The notes under the pieces are model-generated. The model worked only from the letters and a program-made list of their open reading frames with translations, did no database searches and was not told where the DNA came from. Source: Candidatus Iainarchaeum sp. (lineage in GTDB: Archaea > Iainarchaeota > Iainarchaeia > Iainarchaeales > VGJJ01). Taken from it: 32,000 nt of DNA. The stretch lies in NCBI GenBank assembly GCA_030688545.1, contig JAUYHT010000002.1, positions 90,001 through 122,000 on the forward strand, given 5' to 3'. Below, one piece after another: positions 7,277-14,926 of this stretch (position 1 is the first letter of the stretch; each line of letters begins with the position of its first letter). A program made the position numbers and the translations under genes.

Positions 7277-8131
7277 TTAGTTTCTATATTGAATAAATAG
7301 TTCGCCCGCCTTATAGGAACTCCTCACCAGGGGTCCCGCCGCTACGAAAGTGAAACCCATGGCGCGAGCCTCTTTTTCAAGGGTAGCAAATCTTTCTGCG
7401 GAAGCATACTCAACGACCGGAAGGTGCCAAAGGGAGGGTTGCAGGTACTGGCCCAGGGTGAGCATGTTCACGCCGTGTGAACGCAAGTCGCGCAGGGTGG
7501 AAATCACCTGATCATCGGTTTCCCCATGACCCAATTGGATGGATGTTTTAGTGTAAGCCATTCCTTTCTTCCTTGCATAGGCGAGCACGCGCAAGCTCTG
7601 GGCATACGAGGCCCTGGCATCTCTTACTTTTCCCTGAAGGGATTCAACCGTCTCGATGTTGTGCGCGAATACCGTGGGTTTGGATGCGAGAACAATGTCG
7701 ATCAAGTCTTCCCGACCCTGGAAATCCCCTACTAAAGCTTCGACGGGAAAACCATTCTGTTTCAAAGCCGAGATGCACGCCGCGACGTGATGCGCGCCCT
7801 GATCGGGAAGATCATCCCGGTTGACCATGGTGAGAACCACATACTTCAGGCCCATCTGCTTGGCAGCCCGCACCAAATTCCCAGGCTCATTCGCATCCAC
7901 CCCATCCCCGATCGCCGCCGCCCTTATCTGACAGAATTTACACCCCCGCGTGCAGGTCTTTCCTAAAACCATGAACGTGGCCGTTCCCGCGGACCAGCAT
8001 TCGCTCTGATTGGGGCAATGGGCTTCCTGGCAAACCGTCGGTAACATCAAATCGGAAGTAATACTTTTCAAACGCTGAAATTGCTCCGAGGAGGGGGGGC
8101 GAATGCGGGGCTTTTGAGGTGGGAAAGTCAT
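7277..8131 (-). CDS. lipA: lipoyl synthase (radical SAM)
   Basis: VCQEAHCPNQSECW (auxiliary cluster Cys motif) and CTRGCKFCQI (CxxxCxxC radical-SAM motif). The track ORF begins at a TTG (8137). The first ATG is at 8131, with a TATA-like box (8153-8161, minus strand) about 26 nt upstream. Confidence 0.9.
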   Translation of the reverse strand: MTFPPQKPRIRPPSSEQFQRLKSITSDLMLPTVCQEAHCPNQSECWSAGTATFMVLGKTCTRGCKFCQIRAAAIGDGVDANEPGNLVRAAKQMGLKYVVLTMVNRDDLPDQGAHHVAACISALKQNGFPVEALVGDFQGREDLIDIVLASKPTVFAHNIETVESLQGKVRDARASYAQSLRVLAYARKKGMAYTKTSIQLGHGETDDQVISTLRDLRSHGVNMLTLGQYLQPSLWHLPVVEYASAERFATLEKEARAMGFTFVAAGPLVRSSYKAGELFIQYRN

Positions 8132-8183
8132 AGCCAAAAAATCATTTTCCCCAATTTAAACGAATTGGGAAACATTATTGTTT

Positions 8184-8612
8184 TCAGGAATGGATAGGGT
8201 TCATCCGGATCTCAATCCCATCAAAACACGTATATGGAAACACTTTTCGATTGGATTTGCGGACATCGATCATACGCATGCTCCGCAATACCTGCAAATC
8301 CCTACTGATCGCCTCCTGTTTTCGGTCTAATTTTCTGGCGATCTCTCCTACCGATTGCTCCTGGCCCTGGTTGTGGGAATCAATTAAAAATTTCAATAAG
8401 TCCAATCGGCTCGCGGAAAGTGCTTTGAACAATTGGGAGTAAGATTGGACGTAAAGGATATTATCGGGTTGCCGCATCCCTTTTTTAGGATTATCCAGAA
8501 AGGAGTCCAAATCCCCTTTCATGTCGCCTCCTATGAAAATAGTCAATTTTTCATCCTTTTTCCGTTTGCTGAAAGCCATACTTCTATCATCCCCATTAAC
8601 CGCAAGCACCAC
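8184..8612 (-). CDS. winged-helix DNA-binding protein (COG4190-like putative transcriptional regulator)
   Basis: 142 aa. ILYVQSYSQLFKALSASRLDLLKFLIDS...QSVGEIARKLDRKQEAISRDLQVLRSMRMIDV fits a wHTH preceded by a short beta region. The track start is GTG at 8612. An ATATATAA box (about 8631-8641) lies 24 nt upstream. Alternative ATG at 8579. Confidence 0.6.
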   Translation of the reverse strand: MVLAVNGDDRSMAFSKRKKDEKLTIFIGGDMKGDLDSFLDNPKKGMRQPDNILYVQSYSQLFKALSASRLDLLKFLIDSHNQGQEQSVGEIARKLDRKQEAISRDLQVLRSMRMIDVRKSNRKVFPYTCFDGIEIRMNPIHS

Positions 8613-8642
8613 TCCACTAATAACACGCTTGTTATATATCCC

Positions 8643-9671
8643 TTACCCCCATTTCCCCAGGGTGCTCTGTTTCTCATCCTCGGGTTTGCGGGCGATCTTG
8701 TTCAAGGCATTCGTGACCCGTGTCGAGTCAAAACCGTGGCGGTCGCAGTAGAAGGAAAGAACTTTTTCCGAATTCATTTCAGCAGAGGGAATAGATTCCA
8801 ATGGCTGGATATGAGGATGGGTGAAGAGACGCTCCACTTTTTCCCAGGGGTAATCCACCTCCGTTTTGAGGCCTTTCACTACCTCCGGAAACGAATCCTT
8901 TCCTTTCACGGCATTCAATGCGGTTTTAGGCCCCACCTTAGGGATTTTTTCATTGAAATCGGTGCCAATGAGCATCCCCACCCAAATGAGTTGTTCCCGG
9001 GTGATGGCTAATGAGGATAGGATTTCCTCCAATTCATAGCGTTTTGGTTCGATGGTGACGAAGGCATTACGGTAGGGAAGCTTGCGCTTCCCCGTCACGG
9101 CAAGATTGCGCACCACGCGGGTTGAACCAAAGAGAAGCGCGTCATAATCCTGGGTTACCGTGGCATATGCGAGATGATGTTCCACCATCCACGCGGCCTG
9201 CGCCTCGCCCTCCTGAGGGGCGACCACGACGGGCAATCCCAGGTATTCCATGGCCAACTTGGCCTCCGCGATCATATCCTGGTCTAAGGAGATGGCGCGC
9301 GCGCCCATCATACGCGCCTTTTCCAAATCCCCAGCCTCGATGGCTACTTCCATATCCACTTTAGCCTGTGTCCGGATTTCCCGGCGTTTGGCCAATGTCT
9401 CTTTCTTTAGCGGGTGGGGTTGGCCGTCAAAAACAAAAATGGGTCGGATGCCCGCTTCGATGAGATTGGAGGTGCGATACAGTAAACCCGCGAGATGCGA
9501 GGTCACATGCCCCTCCGCGTCCATCAAGGGACGTCCTTCCGGGCCGCGGATGGAGGTGAGGAATTGATAAAGAATATTGTGGGCATCCACAGCGACGGAA
9601 CGGTTTTTCAATTCCGCTAAATCGATGGGATGGCCGAATGCTTTGATGATATCCCCGATCGCAGTGCCCAT
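8643..9671 (-). CDS. fen: flap endonuclease 1
   Basis: MGTAIGDIIKAFGHPIDLAELKNRSVAVDAHNILYQFLTSIRGPEG is the canonical archaeal FEN-1 N-terminus. C-terminal PIP-box-like QSTLGKWG. I start at Met20 of the track ORF (ATG 9671). This removes the overlap with the upstream gene and leaves an AAGGGGAT SD-like element before the ATG. Confidence 0.9.
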   Translation of the reverse strand: MGTAIGDIIKAFGHPIDLAELKNRSVAVDAHNILYQFLTSIRGPEGRPLMDAEGHVTSHLAGLLYRTSNLIEAGIRPIFVFDGQPHPLKKETLAKRREIRTQAKVDMEVAIEAGDLEKARMMGARAISLDQDMIAEAKLAMEYLGLPVVVAPQEGEAQAAWMVEHHLAYATVTQDYDALLFGSTRVVRNLAVTGKRKLPYRNAFVTIEPKRYELEEILSSLAITREQLIWVGMLIGTDFNEKIPKVGPKTALNAVKGKDSFPEVVKGLKTEVDYPWEKVERLFTHPHIQPLESIPSAEMNSEKVLSFYCDRHGFDSTRVTNALNKIARKPEDEKQSTLGKWG

Positions 9672-9684
9672 GCCATATCCCCTT

Positions 9685-10608
9685 TCATCCCACTTTAGGA
9701 GCGGCGTAATAGATTTTTTTGGGAGCATTACTGGCCAACCATTCCCCCACCTGGTCGCGCAATGGTCGAGAGCGGGAAAAGAAGCCCTTGAAAAGATTGG
9801 TGTAGGCCTCGATGATGAAAGGGGAATCCATCTTGAGGACGAGGATCTGGTCCTTCACGTAGATAGTGGAGATAACCGTTTGATTGGTTATCACCATATG
9901 ATTGGCGGCCACATCAGGGATGATGTTGATCTGAATGCGATGCTGTTCCATGTGAGTAAAAATCTTTTCCAATTGCTTTTCGAGGTAAGGGCGGCCATAC
10001 CGTTCCTGGAGGGCGGATAAGTAATTGTGCAGGGTGTATTCGGATAGTACATGTTGCTCGTCGGGGCACTTGCCTAAGTGTTTCCACATGAGCGCCCGGT
10101 TGGAGGTCTTCTCGGGAGTGGGAACATAATTAGGAGTAACGGCCTGGAGAATGCGGAGGGATTCTTCCTCATCCTGATCCAGGAAAATAAGAGGGTACGC
10201 GGTGCCCACATCAATATGGTAACAGTAATCCGCCCCTGAAATCCAGGAGACGTATTGGGATTTGTATTGGGCCATGTTGGTGATGATATGCACATACGGC
10301 CGTGCTTCGGTTGACAATGCTTCGAGGATGGATTGCTTCCTGTACACCAAGCGCTGATTCTCACGATCTAAAAATTCGGACACGCGCTCGTCCCAGGGCT
10401 TACTGGTATACGTGCGGGGGTTGCCGCGATGGACCACCAGGCCTTTCTCCTCCAACTCCTGCAATACCGAATAGATTCGACCCATGGGGACCTTGGAGGC
10501 ACGGCTCAACCGCTTCACTGAAAAAGAGCCTTCTTTTAGGAGGGCAAGGAGTTTGACCTCATTGTCGGAGAGGCCGAATTGCTTCTGGAGCTCCATCACC
10601 ACATGCAT
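9685..10608 (-). CDS. TrmB-family transcriptional regulator
   Basis: N-terminal GLSDNEVKLLALLKEGSFSVKRLSRASKVPMGRIYSVLQELEEKGLVV is a TrmB-type wHTH. The ~200-aa C-terminal domain is not recognised. TATA-like box (10633-10642, minus strand) about 29 nt upstream. Confidence 0.75.
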   Translation of the reverse strand: MHVVMELQKQFGLSDNEVKLLALLKEGSFSVKRLSRASKVPMGRIYSVLQELEEKGLVVHRGNPRTYTSKPWDERVSEFLDRENQRLVYRKQSILEALSTEARPYVHIITNMAQYKSQYVSWISGADYCYHIDVGTAYPLIFLDQDEEESLRILQAVTPNYVPTPEKTSNRALMWKHLGKCPDEQHVLSEYTLHNYLSALQERYGRPYLEKQLEKIFTHMEQHRIQINIIPDVAANHMVITNQTVISTIYVKDQILVLKMDSPFIIEAYTNLFKGFFSRSRPLRDQVGEWLASNAPKKIYYAAPKVG

Positions 10609-10965
10609 TACACATATTCATGATAAAGTAGAGTTAAAAAAGGAGATGTTTAAATAGAAGTTTTAGCCCATATAGCCTTCGTGCAACGCGTGTTGCAAAT
10701 AATGGTGAGCCTATCCCAAATTCTATTCCGACCATGGGGGGAGGTGTTCCCGGGAGCTGTTCCGGAGGGCATCCTCTCTTCACTATTTTTTCCCAGCCCT
10801 ACGAATGAAAGGCCCTTCCTTTTTCAGCCTATTATTCACTACTCTTTTTTTTGATTATTAACAAATATTGGAAGAAAAAAATCAAAAAAAATTATCGAAA
10901 AACTTTTCATTCATTCCAAAGGACGTTTATTGCATTTGGTAGAGCCCCTCCCCGAGGAAATGGTT

Positions 10966-12201
10966 TCACACCAGCATTTTCTCTCGATTGGGTTTGGCTT
11001 CATCCCAATCTGAGCTCTGGCGGGCCAGGAGGATCTTGTTCAAGGCGGATTCAAAATGGGTTTGCTTAATTTTATTCGCATCCTCCCGCAAGGCGACCAT
11101 CCCCGCTTCCATGCACATCGCCTTGAGGTCCGCGCCCGTAAACCCATCCGTCTGATCCACGATTTTATCGAGAACCACATCCTTGTGAACATTCATCCCT
11201 TGGGTGTGGATGGCGACGATGGATTGACGGGCTTTGGCATCCGGTAACGGAATTTCAACAATTCGATCGAAACGCCCGGGGCGCAGGAGCGCGGGGTCGA
11301 TGACGTCGATGCGGTTAGTGGCCGCAATAATCTTGACATTCTTCTTGTTACGGAACCCATCAATTTCGGCCAATAATTGGATGAGGGTGCGCTGGACCTC
11401 CCTATCGCCCCCGGAAGAGTCGCCATCGGTGCGAACGGTGCCGATGGCATCCAGCTCGTCGATAAAAATAATCGCATTCTCTTTCTCTTTGGCTAGGTTG
11501 AACACGTCCCGTACCAGTTTGGCGCCCTCCCCAATATACTTGTGAACCAATTCGCTCCCCACGAGGCTGATGAACGCCGCATTACTTTCGCGCGCCACCG
11601 CTTTAGCCATGAGGGTCTTTCCCGTGCCGGGGAGACCGTGCAACAACACCCCTGACGGGCTTGGGATACCTAATCGCTCGAATTTTTCGGGATGCGTCAT
11701 GGGTAAAATGACGGCTTCCTGGAGCATCTGGATCTCATGGTCCAGGCCCCCGACCATGGCGAATGTTTCCTTGGGACGCTCAACGAGTTCCATCGCACGG
11801 GCCCGGGCATCCTTGGAATCGGGAAGCACCTCCAATACCGCCAAATTCTTCTGGGACATCGCCACCCGCTTTCCCGCATCATCAGGGGCCAAGGGGAGGT
11901 TGAATTCGGTGACCACGAGGAATTCCACGCCATTGGAATTCCGCACCACGCATTTCCCATTGGGGAGAATGTCCTGGATGGTACCCACCATTAATGGCGG
12001 GGTTTTGAAACGGTTAAGCTCGTCGCGGAGACGCTGAAGCTCGGTTTGCATCTGGGAGTTCTTCTCTTCGGAATGGACATTTTGCATCTGGAGATGCCTG
12101 ACCTGCTCCTCGAGGTTGAAGACATAGTCATAGAAATTGGTGACGTTTCGCCGCGGCATGGCGGCACTCCCATTCGGAGAAGACGTTCCGTAGGATTCCA
12201 T
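10966..12201 (-). CDS. pan: proteasome-activating nucleotidase (AAA+ ATPase, Rpt/PAN family)
   Basis: 411 aa. N-terminal coiled coil (EEQVRHLQMQN...LQRLRDELNRFK), OB region (PPLMVGTIQDILPNGKCVVRNSNG), Walker A GLPGTGKT, Walker B IIFIDELD, second region of homology ATNRIDVIDPALLRPGRFDR. Confidence 0.85.
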   Translation of the reverse strand: MESYGTSSPNGSAAMPRRNVTNFYDYVFNLEEQVRHLQMQNVHSEEKNSQMQTELQRLRDELNRFKTPPLMVGTIQDILPNGKCVVRNSNGVEFLVVTEFNLPLAPDDAGKRVAMSQKNLAVLEVLPDSKDARARAMELVERPKETFAMVGGLDHEIQMLQEAVILPMTHPEKFERLGIPSPSGVLLHGLPGTGKTLMAKAVARESNAAFISLVGSELVHKYIGEGAKLVRDVFNLAKEKENAIIFIDELDAIGTVRTDGDSSGGDREVQRTLIQLLAEIDGFRNKKNVKIIAATNRIDVIDPALLRPGRFDRIVEIPLPDAKARQSIVAIHTQGMNVHKDVVLDKIVDQTDGFTGADLKAMCMEAGMVALREDANKIKQTHFESALNKILLARQSSDWDEAKPNREKMLV

Positions 12202-12234
12202 TGGTGAGCCCTATTCCTTTTGAATAGCCACGAG

Positions 12235-12242
12235 TTTATATA
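12235..12242. promoter_or_regulatory. TTTATATA box between divergent pan and the S2P protease gene
   Basis: Consensus-like archaeal TATA. It lies about 27 nt upstream of ATG 12266 (+) and about 37 nt upstream of the pan ATG 12201 (-). Confidence 0.5.
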
Positions 12243-12265
12243 TGTTAACGCGTTGCTCCTTTTGT

Positions 12266-13681
12266 ATGCTCGACTTCTGGGGCTGGCTCATCCTCATAGG
12301 AATCGTCCTCGTCGCAAGCACCGCAGTGATTAAGAAATATGTGAAGGGCGCCAAATCCTGGGCCATCATTACCATGTTGCGGTTCGAGAAACCCCGGCGG
12401 ATTTTCGATGCATTCCGGCAGCACCCAAAATGGGTGGATCGTCTCACGGATTTGGGATTGGTCATTGGATTTGGAGCCATTGCGGTGGATTATCTGTGGA
12501 TGCAGAAAAAACCCATGTGGCATCGCCTCCTGGTTTTTTTGGTGGTCACGGCCGCGCTGGGAATGCTCATCCCCCTCCTTTTTCCTTTGGACAATCCCAT
12601 TGTCCCTATCCCCCCGCCCGTGATCCAGGTGGGGTTTGGCATATTTGGTCTGTCGGGATTGATATTAGTCAGCCTGTTCTATTCGGGAGTGGATATCCTC
12701 AACAAGATGCTCCTGGGAAAGAATGCCTGCGCAGGAGTAGCGCCCGTGATACCCGGGGTTGATCTGCCCAATTCCCCCATTTCAGTCCCCCTGCACGCGT
12801 GGTTGAGTTTCGTGATCATCCTTATCGTGCATGAGGCCTCCCATGGATTCGTCATCCGCAAATTAGGGATGAAAATCAAATCCTATGGCCTGCTCCTCCT
12901 TGGATTTTTACCTATTGGGGCGTTCGTGGAACCCGACGAGAACGAATTAAAAAAACTTGAAAAAAACCACCCGCGGGAAGCCCTCCGCATGTACGCGGCG
13001 GGGCCGGCGAGCAACTTCTATTTCTTTGTCATCGGAACCTTATTAGTATTCCTATTCACCTTTGGAATTGCCGGCCCTATATTGGGCCCCACGCTCACCC
13101 AAATACATGGTAACGCGGTTTCGGGAGTCATAGTTCAAGAGGTGCAGGATAGCATTGTTATCTGCGGCACCGAGTTCGAGGCGCCGGCGCATAATGTCCT
13201 CTTGCCCGGGGACAAAATAATAGCCGTGGACGGGCAGCCCATCCAAGTGTTGCGGGATTACGTGCTCGCGGTGCAGGGAAAAACCGCTTACACGCTGACG
13301 ATCGACCGCGATGGGGCCATAATGGATCATTCCTTCAACGCCAATGAATTAGGAAGGATTGGCATCACGGTGCGCGAGGTCGCCAATCCCGATTATACTC
13401 CTCCCTCGTGGTATGAACCCTTCCTCCAGGTCGCGGGATTTGTTGCTTCATTCGTGGGATGGTTGCTGCTCTTGAACTTCCTCGTGGCCACCGCCAACTT
13501 CATCCCCATTTTACCCTTCGACGGGGGAAAAATGGCCGTGCTCTTATTGGCCCCCTACCTGGGTTTCCTCAAGATGGATGACGCGAGCACCAAGAAAGCC
13601 ATCCAAAAAGTATTCCTCTGGATCATGCTTGCCCTCATCATTGTGAACGCCGCGCCCTTGGTGATTGTGAATCCGGTGTAA
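12266..13681 (+). CDS. site-2 protease (M50) family membrane metalloprotease with PDZ-like insert
   Basis: HEASHGF (HExxH in a TM helix) and NFIPILPFDGG (NxxPxxxxDG motif). PDZ-like stretch GDKIIAVDGQPI. The track ORF starts at ATG 12242, which lies inside the TTTATATA box (12235-12242). ATG 12266 is about 27 nt downstream of that box, so I prefer it. Confidence 0.8.
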   Translation: MLDFWGWLILIGIVLVASTAVIKKYVKGAKSWAIITMLRFEKPRRIFDAFRQHPKWVDRLTDLGLVIGFGAIAVDYLWMQKKPMWHRLLVFLVVTAALGMLIPLLFPLDNPIVPIPPPVIQVGFGIFGLSGLILVSLFYSGVDILNKMLLGKNACAGVAPVIPGVDLPNSPISVPLHAWLSFVIILIVHEASHGFVIRKLGMKIKSYGLLLLGFLPIGAFVEPDENELKKLEKNHPREALRMYAAGPASNFYFFVIGTLLVFLFTFGIAGPILGPTLTQIHGNAVSGVIVQEVQDSIVICGTEFEAPAHNVLLPGDKIIAVDGQPIQVLRDYVLAVQGKTAYTLTIDRDGAIMDHSFNANELGRIGITVREVANPDYTPPSWYEPFLQVAGFVASFVGWLLLLNFLVATANFIPILPFDGGKMAVLLLAPYLGFLKMDDASTKKAIQKVFLWIMLALIIVNAAPLVIVNPV

Positions 13682-13794
13682 CACATTCCTATGTGGTGGG
13701 AGGTTGATAACTTGCACACGCCTAAATGGCCATAAAAATAGAAAAAAATGAGAATATAGAGTACTCTATTAAACCAAAAAGGAATTTTCTAACC

Positions 13795-14184
13795 ATGAAA
13801 TTGACAAAAGAGGACAAAAAATTGATTGCTCGGGCGAAAATTCTTGTCCGGCCAAAAAAAGTGAGTGGAGGCATTATCAAGGAAGTTGGTGCCGCACTCC
13901 TTTCTATGAAAGGAAAAATTTTTACGGGAACAAGTTTAGACCTTGGCTGTGGAATTGGATTTTGCGCAGAACATTCCGCCATCGCCAATATGATTTCTCA
14001 TACTGATGAAACCCAAATTAAGACCATCGTGGCTGTGGGAGGGGAGAAAGTGATATACCCTTGTGGCCGTTGCAGAGAAATAATGAGATTGATAGATAAG
14101 AGAAATTATAGGAAAACGAATGTGATAATTTCTGAAAAAAAGAAAGTTAAACTAATTGATCTGTTGCCTGGAGAATGGATGTGA
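13795..14184 (+). CDS. cytidine deaminase-fold zinc enzyme, blasticidin-S-deaminase-like
   Basis: CAEHSAI (CAE zinc/catalytic motif) and PCGRCRE (PCxxC). Overall collinear with fungal BSD: LTxEDxxLIxRA...GxIFTG...CAE...IVAxG...PCGRCR...LLP. I start at Met24 (ATG 13795). A/T box CTATTAAACC (13766-13775) lies about 25 nt upstream. Confidence 0.75.
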   Translation: MKLTKEDKKLIARAKILVRPKKVSGGIIKEVGAALLSMKGKIFTGTSLDLGCGIGFCAEHSAIANMISHTDETQIKTIVAVGGEKVIYPCGRCREIMRLIDKRNYRKTNVIISEKKKVKLIDLLPGEWM

Positions 14185-14186
14185 AT

Positions 14187-14414
14187 TTAATTCGCCAATA
14201 AATAAATGACCATCAACACAAACGCCGTGCCCCAAAAAAGAGTCCAAAATGTTTGGTACTTCTTTCCCGACCAATTGGGCCAATAATTGATTTTCCGAAC
14301 CAAAAATATATTTTCCTTCCCGAAAAAATAAACCAGATGGATCGACCAATCGTATAAAATCATGAGTGTTACGAATACTGGGATCCAATAAACCATGAGA
14401 CTGAAATCAAACAT
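14187..14414 (-). CDS. small membrane protein (two predicted TM helices), third gene of the ImmA-DUF4411 operon
   Basis: MFDFSLMVYWIPVFVTLMILYDW...FWTLFWGTAFVLMVIYLLAN. ATG at 14414 is preceded by AAGGGTGATATC, a GGTGAT Shine-Dalgarno-like element. It lies 26 nt after the DUF4411 stop. The track start (GTG 14453) overlaps the upstream gene. Confidence 0.45.
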   Translation of the reverse strand: MFDFSLMVYWIPVFVTLMILYDWSIHLVYFFGKENIFLVRKINYWPNWSGKKYQTFWTLFWGTAFVLMVIYLLAN

Positions 14415-14440
14415 GATATCACCCTTGGTATTAGAATTTT

Positions 14441-14926
14441 TTAAAACTTCCACTCCTCATTCCTAAACAATCCGACTATATCCACGGCCTCGATCCCGAA
14501 TTTTTGACAAATAAAGGGGATCCGTACGCGGTCGCCACGCAACCGCTCCTCTGTGACAACTATTTGCTTAATTGAAATCAGTCGGGATTGATCTTTAAGT
14601 TCAATAGCCAATGCGACAATCCAAGGATCGGCACAGTAGTCACTCGATTCATCCAGAAGGGAGGGATACTTGTGCAATATTTTTTTCACTATTTCAATCT
14701 GTTTTTCTGTTTGTTTTTTGAACATTGATTTACACTTCTTGGCCCAATCCAATAGTTGATCATCTCCTTGATTAATCTCTTCAAGCACCTCCATCGGAGC
14801 CACTAATCTTTCTTTATGAGCCAATTTTGCCATTTTCTCCCAAATGCTTGGAAATACATCCATCGGGTTCCGCCGATTCAAGGTTATTAAAGAAGAACTA
14901 TCAACTATATAGCAGTCTGATTTCAT
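14441..14926 (-). CDS. DUF4411-family PIN-like protein (putative nuclease/toxin)
   Basis: 161 aa. N-terminal YIVDSSSLITL (PIN-type acidic beta-strand), DQLLDWAKK, CADPWIVALAIE, IVVTEE, and RIPFICQKFGIEAVDIVGLF fit the DUF4411 consensus as I remember it. The ATGA overlap with the upstream ImmA gene indicates translational coupling. Confidence 0.75.
   Translation of the reverse strand: MKSDCYIVDSSSLITLNRRNPMDVFPSIWEKMAKLAHKERLVAPMEVLEEINQGDDQLLDWAKKCKSMFKKQTEKQIEIVKKILHKYPSLLDESSDYCADPWIVALAIELKDQSRLISIKQIVVTEERLRGDRVRIPFICQKFGIEAVDIVGLFRNEEWKF

Noticed and set aside
8433-9011. 192-aa plus-strand ORF
   Set aside because: It is antisense to the 3' end of fen and to the wHTH gene. No motifs.
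9672-9728. N-terminal extensions offered by the ORF track for fen (to 9728), ftsZ (to 17416), histone (to 24739), rps8e (from 29108) and tfb (from 30540)
   Set aside because: In each case an internal ATG reproduces the canonical family N-terminus (MGTAIGD..., MQSIV..., MTELPLAAV..., MTQWHEKSKRK..., MAGLVCPECG...). The extension either overlaps the neighbouring gene or covers the promoter or SD-like element.
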